Part shown: piece by piece, positions 54,106-64,000 of the stretch
Layout: every line of letters starts with the position of its first letter
Numbering within the stretch: position 1 is the stretch's first letter
Assembly: GCA_964016885.1 (NCBI GenBank)
Contig: OZ024746.1
Coordinates: forward strand, 68,386,001 to 68,450,000
Source: Eledone cirrhosa
Taxonomy: Eukaryota
Reading direction: 5' to 3'
Length of the DNA stretch: 64,000 nt
Program-made: the position numbers and the translations under genes
The notes under the pieces: model-generated
What the model was told of the DNA's origin: nothing
Databases searched by the model: none
What the model saw: only the letters and a program-made list of their open reading frames with translations

Positions 54106-54715
54106 AATGATACTAACTTGGATCTAATATTATGGTAATTATTCAAATTAATAGAATTTGTAATTTTATTTTTACAATGAAAATTCTACCATAGTTCAAG
54201 TTGTGGTATTGATTTATAGATAATATTGAAATGTTAATAAAGTAGCCTCTACAGAGTCACTTGACTCACTAGAAATAACAGCTAAATCTCTCTCAAATCA
54301 CATCTACCAATTAAAAATAATGCCATGTTGGATAATATAGTCTGAGAAAAACTAAGAAGATTGTCATCATGACTAGAATTCTTTGATCAGAGATCTGATT
54401 GAATAGGAATGACCTGGAGTTAAACATCAACAGCAAGGGTGGGAGATATAATATATAATATAATAATTAGTGTTAGTACAAAAAAATAAATATAACACAA
54501 CAGCCCACAATACTCGGTCTAGGTGTTTTAATTATATTTTTAAATAATCAATAATTTGCAAGGATTTAGTAAAATAATTAACTTCTCCATTATCAAGGTG
54601 GGGTTTGAAATATAATTTAACAAATGTTTCTTAAGTAAAATGATGATAGTTTAAATGTTATACTCTTTTACTTTTTTACCTGTTTCAGCCATCCGGCTGA
54701 GGCCATGCTGGCGCA

Positions 54716-55110
54716 CCGAGGTTTTTGATATGAAATCGTGTGTCGAAACAAATATTGTTATACTTGGGGAGGGTTATATTTGTGTAATAATATTGCCAGA
54801 ATTAATAACAGAAAACACTCACTGTTTGGTTCGTTTCCGCTTCTGTGTCTTTTATATCGGTTAATTTAATTTATTCGGTCCTCAATGTTACCATTGACTG
54901 ACCAACGGTCAAAAATACATCTGTATTTTAATATAGACACAAACACATATATATAGTCTAACAAAGTTCTTTCGTTGCACATCTGCAACATCATCAGTGG
55001 TGCTATTATGTTTCCTCTTGTTGTATTGTATGCCTCACCATGTTCATTTAGTCTGTTTATTTATTTATTTTTGCCTTCTTCTCTGCGCATGTGTGTGTGT
55101 ATTGTGTTTG
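54716..55110 (-). mobile_element. non-coding TA-associated repeat family with HHR-like core
   Basis: Homologous to 56376-56876, 16752-16886 and 63905-63975. Confidence 0.65.
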
Positions 55111-55189
55111 GGTGACTGTGTATTGGTTATTGTATTCTATCTTAGTTTACTAGTGTCTGTTTATATGTGTTTGTTGTTATTGCGCTTCA

Positions 55190-55378
55190 TCATTATCATC
55201 CACTTTGCAGTGGAATGATATGAACCCCAGTCCCTGTCATCTCATTTCTACAGCTGAGTAAACTGGAGCAATGTGAAATAAAGTGTCTTGCTCAAGGAAA
55301 CAACACATCACCCAGTCTGAAAATTGAACTCACAACCTTTCGATTGCAATGCTCTAACCACTAAGCCATGTGCCTCCA
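55190..55378 (-). mobile_element. SINE family B, 5' half
   Basis: Reverse complement of 30262-30445. Confidence 0.85.
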
Positions 55379-55506
55379 TGTGCTTGTGTATGTATTTTTA
55401 TTATTTTTTATTTATTTATACTTCTCTTAGGTCAGTATTGTTTGTTTGGGTGTTGTTATTCCATTCATTTTTTCTGTTTAACCTTGGCCTTCTAAGTTCT
55501 AGAACT

Positions 55507-55550
<44 letters not shown>

Positions 55551-55647
55551 CATTATCATCTTCGTTTAACGTCCATTTTCCACGCTAGCATGGGTTATTA
55601 TTTATATATATCTCTTTTATTTATATATATTTATATATATATATATA

Positions 55648-56306
55648 GTAATAATAATAAATTTCAAGACTAAAATCCAAAGAGGGCTCGATAAGGATAA
55701 ATATATATCAAATATATAAGAACCGTAGAGCAAATATTTATTAAAATAACAGATTAAAGTTTAAGCAAAGAATCGCTGCTTTCACCCTTAACGGGATCTT
55801 CTGAAACTAACAAAGTCAATCTATAAACGCAGAAGTGAATATTTCAAAAAACGTTGCAACCGGAGGAAGACAGGGAGACGATACTTTGGTTTGTGGAAAC
55901 GTTCTGCTATACCATTTACGTGGTTTTGTCTTTGCATGCTATTGTTCTCCACGCTCCACATATGACGTATTATCTTTGTTTTTTTCGTTCATTGCCAGAG
56001 AACGTCTCTATGAACCACCTAAGAGAACAATAGTCTACGACCTCCTTTATACTATAAACGTGGTTTTGTCTTTGCGCGTAATTGTTTTTCACCGCTCCTA
56101 TTAATGACGTATCTTATTCGTTTTTTCCCGTTCTTTGCCAGCGAACGTTACCACAAACCAAAGAATCGTCTCCCTGTCTTCCTCCGGTTGCAACGTTTTT
56201 TGAAATATCCACTTCTGCGTTTACAGATTGACTTTGTTAGTTTCAGAAGATCCCGTTAAGGGTGAAAGCTGCGATTCTTTGCTTAAACTTTAATCTGTTA
56301 TTTTAA
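55648..56306. mobile_element. fold-back PLE-end module with two variant HHRs
   Basis: ~160-bp inverted arms (~55741-55905 / ~56144-56306) around an internal tandem duplication; flanked by (TA)n. Confidence 0.78.
55758..55808 (-). ncRNA. variant type I hammerhead-like motif (CAGAAGA core)
   Basis: AGTTT-CAGAAGA-tCCCgttaaGGGt-GAA-AGCAG-cgattct-TTGCT-T-AAACT; inverted copy at 56239-56289. Confidence 0.6.
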
Positions 56307-56345
56307 TTAATATATATATATATATATAATGAAAGCACACACACA

Positions 56346-56375
<30 letters not shown>

Positions 56376-56380
<5 letters not shown>

Positions 56381-56876
56381 ATACTTGGGGAGGGTCATAT
56401 TTGCATAATATTGCCAGAATTAATAACAGAACACACTCACTGTTTGGTTGGTTTTCGCTTCTCGCTGTCTTTTATATCTGCGATCTAACTTACTCGGTCC
56501 TCAATGTTGCCATTGACTGACCGACGGTCAAAAATAATACAGATACAATATAGACACAAACACATATATATAGTTTACATAATTTACATAAATCTTTCGT
56601 TGCACATCTGCAACATCGTCAGTGGTGTTATATTCTTTGTTCCTCCTGTTGTGTTGTATGTCTACGCCATTTTTTATTCAGTCTGTCTATATATTTATTT
56701 ATTTATTTGCTTGTTTGTTTATCTTATTTTATTTTGTCTTCTTTGCGCATGCGTTTGCGTATAGTGTTATTAATTCTGGCAATATTACGCAAATATGACC
56801 CTCCCCAAGTATAACAATATCTGTTTCGACACACAATTTCATATAAAAAACCTCGCTAAACTAATTCATCGCCGCT
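56376..56876. mobile_element. non-coding TA-associated repeat with partial fold-back
   Basis: 56764-56817 is the reverse complement of 56376-56428; homologous to 54716-55110. Confidence 0.7.
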
Positions 56877-56916
56877 ATATATATATATATATATATATAT
56901 AGTTTTAATATAGATG

Positions 56917-56967
56917 AGATTCTACAGGACTAGAACTGTTTCATTCTTTAGAAATCATCAGGAATCT
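56917..56967 (-). ncRNA. type I hammerhead ribozyme with stable stem III
   Basis: AGATTC-CTGATGA-tTTCtaaaGAAt-GAA-ACAG-ttctagtc-CTGT-A-GAATCT. Confidence 0.82.
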
Positions 56968-56995
56968 GGTGGTTACCTCCGATTCAACCCGGAAT

Positions 56996-57083
<88 letters not shown>

Positions 57084-57086
57084 ATG

Positions 57087-57420
57087 AAGGCACGTGGCTT
57101 AGTGGTTAGAGCATTGGCTTTGCAATCGAAAGGTTGTGAGTTCAATTCTCAGATCGGGTGGTGTGTTGTTTCCTTGAGCAAGACACTTTATTTCACATTG
57201 CTCCACTTTACTCAGCTGTAGAAATGAGATGCTAGGACTGGAGTCCATATCATTCCACAAGTGGTCGTGGAGGTGCCACGGCAACAATAACCACCCAGTA
57301 CTCACTGTAAATGAGGTTGGTGTTAGGAAGGGCAACCAGCTGTAGAAATCTGGCCAGAATCAGTTCCTGTCCCACCCTTACAAGCAGGGAAAAGTGGACG
57401 TAAAATGATGATGATGATGA
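57087..57420 (+). mobile_element. SINE family B
   Basis: Similar to 18340-18683. Confidence 0.9.
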
Positions 57421-57456
57421 TATATTATTTATATATTTATATGTATATATATTTAT

Positions 57457-57517
<61 letters not shown>

Positions 57518-57523
57518 TATATG

Positions 57524-57556
<33 letters not shown>

Positions 57557-57908
57557 TTATATATATATATCTTTTTTATTTATATATATATATATATATA
57601 TATTATTTATATATATATATATTTTTTTTTTTTTATATATATATATATTATTTATATATATATATCTTTTTTATTTATATATATATATATATATTATTTA
57701 TATATATATATATTATTTATATATATATATATATATTATTTATATATATATATATTATTTATTTATATATATATATTATTTATATATATATATATATATA
57801 TTATTTATATATATATATATTATTTATATATATATATATCTTTTTTATTTATATATATATATATTATTTATATATATATATCTTTTTTATTTATATATAT
57901 ATATCTTT

Positions 57909-57939
<31 letters not shown>

Positions 57940-58240
57940 TATTTATATATATATATATCTTTTTTTATTTATATATATATCTTTATTTATATATATTTTA
58001 TATTATTTATATATATATATCTTTTTTATTTATTTATATATATATATATTATTTATATATATATATCTTTTTTATTTATATATATATATATATATTATTT
58101 ATATATATATAACTTTTTTATTTATATATATATATTATTTATATATATATATCTTTTTTATTTATATATATATATATATATATCTTTTTCATTTATATAT
58201 ATATATATATATATATATCTTTTTCATTTATATATATATA

Positions 58241-58289
<49 letters not shown>

Positions 58290-58351
58290 ATTTTTTTATT
58301 TATATATATATATATCTTTTTTATTTATATATATATATATATATAAATAAA

Positions 58352-58388
<37 letters not shown>
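57421..58388. repeat. compound (TA)n/TTTA microsatellite, ~1 kb
   Basis: Low-complexity AT tract. Confidence 0.95.
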
Positions 58389-58391
<3 letters not shown>

Positions 58392-58446
58392 AATCAGGAA
58401 AGAAGATTGACATGGTTTGCAATACAAAAAGGGTTTTTAATCTCAT

Positions 58447-58554
58447 TGCTGACAATTGTTTCTCTGAACTGGTAGGTCTAGAGATCGCTATTCGCTTGTT
58501 TTCACGTTACTCGATCGCCAATACAAAATTATAACCAGTCAGTTCTTCGGAGCA
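58447..58554 (-). ncRNA. hammerhead ribozyme with ~81-nt stem II domain
   Basis: TGCT-CCGAAGA-aCTGACTGGT...ACCAGtTCAGa-GAAAC-AATT-GTC-AGCA. Confidence 0.65.
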
Positions 58555-59006
58555 TGCGAGAATGAAGAGTATATACAGGCATGAAGGGAAAAAACAGGCT
58601 ACTATATGAAGTAGTAATGGCATTCAGTTAGAACAATAACAACAATTACAACAATGCTAGTAATAAATTATTTGAGGAGACCCTTTACATTAGGTAGGGG
58701 GTATAGTGTATTTAAGATTTCGGCGTGTAAAACTAGCTGACATGAAGCAGAAGTATAAGTTTGGCATGTCGTAGGGTGTATTGTATCAATTTTAAAGATA
58801 AGCCGGTGTTTATCACCAATATAGGTCAGGTGGCCGTAATGTTCAGTATTTATCTGACCAACGAAGTATTTATCATTGAGTAGAATTTGTGTGGTCTACA
58901 TCAGATGAGAATACAGTCTTTCTTTTCATCTTCAATAACATACATGAATGGGACAACACTGTCAAAGCTAAATAGTGGGCGAGTTAATACAGAGGTTAAG
59001 GAGACA

Positions 59007-59051
<45 letters not shown>

Positions 59052-59402
59052 TGCACACACACATATATATACACACGCATGTGTACATAGACACATACAT
59101 ACACATCAATATACACTCGTAAAAAAATATACATACATGCAAAGAGATAAACGTGTTGATTGTAATTATGGCAAAAGGAAGGTAAAGTTACATTGTAGTA
59201 GTGATTTGAGAAATTCTTGGATTTAGGATCAAGTGATGGCAGCAGCTGAGAAGGAATAAGTTTATGGGTTGATGAGGTACTTACAGACATTTGTGTGGTA
59301 AAGACCTGTGAAGGCTAGAGTTTACTTAATGAGTATATTTCTGTGGTGATTTATGCAGGGTAGTGGGTATCCTAGTTTAAAGCTATGTTGTGTTGGTTCG
59401 AT

Positions 59403-60708
59403 TCACGGAGGTTTGAATCTTATGAATTTAGTGGCAATTCTATGTCTGCAGAAGATAGATCTTTCTAACTTATTGTTAAGTAGCCTTTTTACATTTTTGA
59501 TGATATACATTAGTTCTAGATCACATAGCCTACAGTGGGACATACCTGTACTATAGGTTTTAGCAGCCGACAACTTCGACCAGTTAATGCTGTAGTTAGT
59601 GCTGCTGTCCTTCAGTTCCCATATTTTTTTTGGCGAGGGTTGTGGAACCCATAAGTGCATGGTTTTTCATTGAGTGCCTGTGCACATACCATCTTTTTTT
59701 AAAAGAACCCGCGATGGATCCTATGTAATTCCAGGTGGAGTTATCCGAGTTGACCGTGCACATGTATACTAGGCTCGAATTGAGACATCTGTTCGCCAAT
59801 GGGCACCTATCTGGTAGGTGACAGTTGCAGTTTGAGGCGCTATCTTGTGCAGCTTCCACACTCCTGTTTAGTACTCTGTTATAAGTGGGTTGTGATATAT
59901 GCCCATTGGGGTTTTACTGTTGCGCGTTTGTATGCGCTTGCGGTTGTTATGTTGTGATGTGTTTATGCTTATAATTTGGTGCTACGTTATGCATAGGTGC
60001 GGTTGATTTACTAGAGATATTTCTGTGGTTGATCCTGCGTATGTGTGATTCTATATTTGCTGCTGTCGAGTATGAGAGTTTTATAGTAGATCTATTGAGT
60101 ATTTTGTGATATCTATGCGAGATAGGGAAGTGTTTATCTATTAGTTTAAAGAATGTAGAGGGCAGTCTAGTTTTTATAGAGGAGTTGAAGATTGGGTTGA
60201 ACCATAGGTATTTTCTTTGTCTGTTTCTTCTATTGTTTCTTGGGTTTACGTTATTAGTGTTTTGACCGTTTATTCCAGGTGCTATGTGCCTAACCCTATG
60301 TCTAGTCCAGCTATTTCTATTATTGTGTGAGCGGTTGGTGTAGTAGTTACTAGGATTGTTTACGTTGTCTTTATTCACTATATACTGCAGTTTATCTTTA
60401 TGATCGGCCCTACGTAATGCTGCATTATAATAGTCAGCATGTTCGTTAAAGATTTCTAGGTTAGAGGATAAGCGGGATATTCGGAGGGATATACTACGTG
60501 CTATGGATCTAATTATGGGTTTGGGGTGGTTTGAGTTGTAACTAATGTAGGCAAGATTTTCATTATTTTTGTGGAAAGGTTCTATTAATCCCGTATTTAG
60601 ATTTAGAGTCACATCTAGAAAGTTTACCTTCTTATGGTTCAGTTCGTAGGTAATACTTAGGCCTAGTTTTTTGAAGAATATTCTAATATTTTTTCTTAGT
60701 CTTTCCAT
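59403..60708 (-). pseudogene. PLE RT-GIY-YIG polyprotein fragment
   Basis: In-frame stop at 59947-59949 and frameshift in the T-run near 59625 join three ORF-track entries. Confidence 0.88.
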
Positions 60709-60781
60709 ACCCGGAATACCCGGAATACCATAACTGGACTACACCTAAGGGGACTGGATATAACTATTATTTATTACCCCG

Positions 60782-60892
60782 TATATATATATATAAATAA
60801 AAAAGATATATATATATATAAAAGATATATATATATATAAATAATATATATATATATCTTTTTTATTTATATATATATATATATATATATTT

Positions 60893-60937
<45 letters not shown>

Positions 60938-60990
60938 TTATATTTATATATATATATTTATTATATATATTTATATATATATTTATATAT

Positions 60991-61041
<51 letters not shown>

Positions 61042-61050
61042 ATATATTTA

Positions 61051-61082
<32 letters not shown>
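60782..61082. repeat. (TA)n-rich microsatellite
   Basis: Low-complexity AT tract separating the two PLEs. Confidence 0.95.
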
Positions 61083-61085
<3 letters not shown>

Positions 61086-61136
61086 TAATAAAAACAATGA
61101 ATAAAAACAAAGAAACAGTTCCTTATATTAAAAAAT

Positions 61137-61272
61137 TCATCATTTTACGATCGTTTCTAGGATATATTTGTGTGTGTTGGTATGTATATCATATAGATCT
61201 ATGTAAAAATTTTACAAACTATCAGAGGGAATATGCATACCTACACATATATATGCTGTCTTCAGAAATAAT
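61137..61272 (-). ncRNA. hammerhead ribozyme with ~101-nt stem II domain
   Basis: ATTATTT-CTGAAGA-[~16-bp imperfect stem plus large loop]-GAAAC-GATC-GTA-AAATGAT; palindromic ACGATCGT stem III. Confidence 0.7.
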
Positions 61273-61416
61273 TGTTTCTACTTTAGGCACAAGGCCAGCA
61301 AACACCCAGTGCATTACTGGTACTTTATTACTGTCTTCAGAAATAATTGTTTCTACTTTAGGCACAAGGCCAGCAATTAGCCAGTGCATTACTGGTACTT
61401 TATTTTATGGACCCCG
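61266..61416 (-). mobile_element. duplicated 3' fragment of SINE family A
   Basis: 75-bp tandem duplication (61256-61330 / 61331-61405); GAAATAAT TSD. Confidence 0.82.
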
Positions 61417-63383
61417 AAATAATGATATTTGTTTATTGAAAAACACCAACAAAGATTTAATATAATAGGTCTGTTTGGGAACAGGTTATGAATTGACCAA
61501 TAGAAGAGTAGTAAGTGGTCAAGTTGATAGAATAGTAGTAGTAGAAATTTAATTTAGGGGTAGAGGAATGCAGACTTCAGATTATGGAAATAATACTTTG
61601 AATGAAAAGATTACTTTGGGGATGAAAATTTGATGTTATTAAAGAATAATGCTAATGTTAAAATCGAAGGAGAATAAAATTTTAGGATAAATGTGTTAGT
61701 GAGAAATACCAATCTTATTAAAAACATAAGGAATTTAGATCTATAAAAAGAAATTAAATTAATTTAATTGATAGGTATACTTATAGGGATAAATTTATAT
61801 TAATTCATATAGATGAGATAAATAAGAGTTAGATGTTATTAAAGAATGTTGTTAAAAACGAAGGAAAAAAAATTTGGGCGGGATAAATGTATTAGTGAGA
61901 AATAACAAACTTATATAGACTACAAGGAATTTAGATTCATAACAGGAAATTAAAATAGTTTATATGTATACTTATAGGTATTAATTTTAGTAAAAGATAG
62001 CTGTAAAAGGGAAATAAATTATGAAGTTCTCAGTAGTAAAATACTAATTATAGGTTAACTAAATTTTAAAAAAAATAATTATAATAATTTGTAAAATAAA
62101 AGTGTATATTAATTAGGTTTTTATAATATTTGAAAGTTCTTCTAATTCTATGATTGCACGATATAATTAATTCTTGTCGCTTAATTAATAGGATATCCTT
62201 AGATTTCATTATTTCAAAAAGTTCCTGGGAACATAATCTACACTCATATTTGTTATTTTGATAAGGGGTGGCCCTTTTGAGCACACTCCAGGTCAGGTTA
62301 TAATCGATATTCTTTTTTCTATAATTATTAATTATTTCAGCCAAGGATGTTGTATTAGCTAATGCGGCATTTTTAAAACTGTGTTTGTGGGTATTAAATC
62401 TTACTTTAAATTGGTTAGAAGTAGCTCCAATATATGAATAAGTTGAGTCCTTAGTGCTAATTTTACATTTATATACTATGTTATTAATGAGGCAATTTCC
62501 TTTAATGGGCATTTTGCTTTGTTTCTACAGTTACAACCATTCGTGAATATCAGGGGGGTTAGTCAAATTATGTGTGGAATTTACTCGACTTGTTGTATGA
62601 GAAGGAGATGGTGGTTTGCTGCGGTTTATTTTAGTATTATGGTTAGTTTGATGTGTTGGTGGTATATTCATGGTTTTTTTACATTTATATGCATTGTAGG
62701 CACTTATATTTTGTTGTATATTTTTGGTAGTGGAGTAGGAAAATTTGACCGTTGATCTATTTAAAATTTGATGGTATTTATAGTTCGGTGGGACGTTTTT
62801 CTCTAGGATAGTAAAAAAAATTTTAGGGATATTATCTTTAATTTGTAGATCAAATGGAGCATTATACAAAGTAACTCGTCTATTACGGTTTCGATGCTGA
62901 TTTTTATTTTTATATGATGTATCCTGATGTTTACTAAGAGAGTTAATATTAGTGAATTTATTATACATATGTTCAGTTAAATTCACTGATTTAGGGGTTT
63001 TAGTCTGATTATTAGGAATTTTGTTAGTAATGTTATTAACATATATTGAAGTATTATGATGAATGGTTTTTTGAAAGTTATTATATTGTATGTAAGAGGT
63101 AGAGAAATTGAGTTTTAAGTTGGTATTTTTGGTGTAGTATGAGTGGCATTTAGCTGTGTATTTTTCATTTGCGTTTGTTGGTAATATTGGGTTGTATGTT
63201 TGAAGTATTATTGGTGCAAGGTATATAGACTAATTTGTTTTTGTGGCCGCTTCTAGCTAAAGCTTTGTTATAAAAGGTCGCATTTTTATCGAATATATCC
63301 TGGTTAGATGAAAGGTTGGAAATTATAGGTTAGAAATATATTTATATATATATATATTATTTATATATATACATATATATATA

Positions 63384-63522
63384 ACGGAGATGTGGTAAGA
63401 ACCAGGTGGACCATAACGCACCAAAGTACTCAATACTTAGGGTAATAGGAACGAGTGGGACCCCAACGGCTGAGCTCAAGCCGTTTCGACGGGGTCCCAC
63501 TCATCGGGGTCCCACTCATTCT
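63384..63522 (-). mobile_element. (TA)n-inserted PLE-end module with rearranged HHR
   Basis: GC-rich island in TA; GAAAC-GGCT..AGCC-GTT stem III; GTACTCAATAC motif; duplicated inverted GGGGTCCCACTCAT. Confidence 0.6.
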
Positions 63523-63593
63523 ATATATATATATATATATATACACATATATATATATATTATTTATATATATACATATATATATATATTATT

Positions 63594-63666
<73 letters not shown>

Positions 63667-63826
63667 TATATATATACATATATATATATTATTTATATAT
63701 ATATATATAATTTATATATATACATATATATATATTATTTATATATATATATATAATTTATATATATATACATATATATATTATTTATATATATATATAT
63801 AATTTATATATATATACATATATATA

Positions 63827-63866
<40 letters not shown>
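63523..63866. repeat. (TA)n-rich microsatellite
   Basis: Low-complexity AT tract. Confidence 0.95.
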
Positions 63867-63868
<2 letters not shown>

Positions 63869-64000
63869 CGTTTCTGAATTTGTTTAGCAAGATTCTTTAT
63901 CTGAAAACGTGTGTTGAAACCGATATTGTTATATTTTGGGAGGGTCATGTTGCCAATAAGAAACACACGCACCAGTTTCTTTCACTTCAATTTATTATAA

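Larger units (their letters stand above)
58389..60781 (-). mobile_element. 5'-truncated Penelope-like element (C-terminal GIY-YIG, Hydra-type) in (TA)n
   Basis: RT end and thumb (VNFLDVTL, SNHP), WFNP linker, CNC..CPL, VY..YIG..FKKR, CRLC; HHR near the 3' end; (TA)n on both sides. Confidence 0.88.
61083..63335 (-). mobile_element. second 5'-truncated Hydra-type Penelope-like element (different family)
   Basis: ISNLSSNQDIFDKNATFYNKAL, LYNAPF, CNCRNK, VYKC..YIGATSNQFKVR, CRLC peptides with frameshifts; HHR near the 3' end; (TA)n flanks. Confidence 0.87.

Noticed and set aside
57405-58534. Long ORFs (235 and 337 aa) rich in Y/I
   Set aside because: Translations of (TA)n microsatellite; the same applies to the YI, CV and HT-repeat ORFs elsewhere.
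59947-59949. In-frame stop in the PLE ORF as possible recoding (selenocysteine or readthrough)
   Set aside because: The codon is TAA, not TGA, and the copy also has a frameshift and a 5' truncation; ordinary decay.

Overview
AT-rich, repeat-dominated eukaryotic (animal) DNA. The SINE families, RTE LINEs and long (TA)n tracts suggest a cephalopod, probably octopus; this is an inference. No intact host protein-coding gene is evident, and most ORF-track entries are microsatellite or antisense artefacts. Recognisable contents are: a 5'-truncated RTE-clade LINE (21.4-24.2 kb) plus fragments; a Tx1/L1-like LINE fragment inside (GATA)n; two decayed GIY-YIG Penelope-like elements (PLEs, 58.4-60.8 and 61.1-63.3 kb) and an older PLE relic (~19 kb); a decayed mariner; several MITE families; and two tRNA-derived SINE families. 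The main hidden signal is a set of short non-coding, often fold-back modules inserted in (TA)n tracts. They carry about a dozen type I hammerhead ribozyme (HHR) motifs from at least seven sequence families. One is a 420-nt unit repeated in circularly permuted tandem, resembling a retrozyme. Others have 50-100 nt expansions of stem II or recurrent non-canonical core positions. Several families share a TGAGTRC-like motif near their (TA)n junction. All RNA folds were assigned by eye, and no activity is shown.
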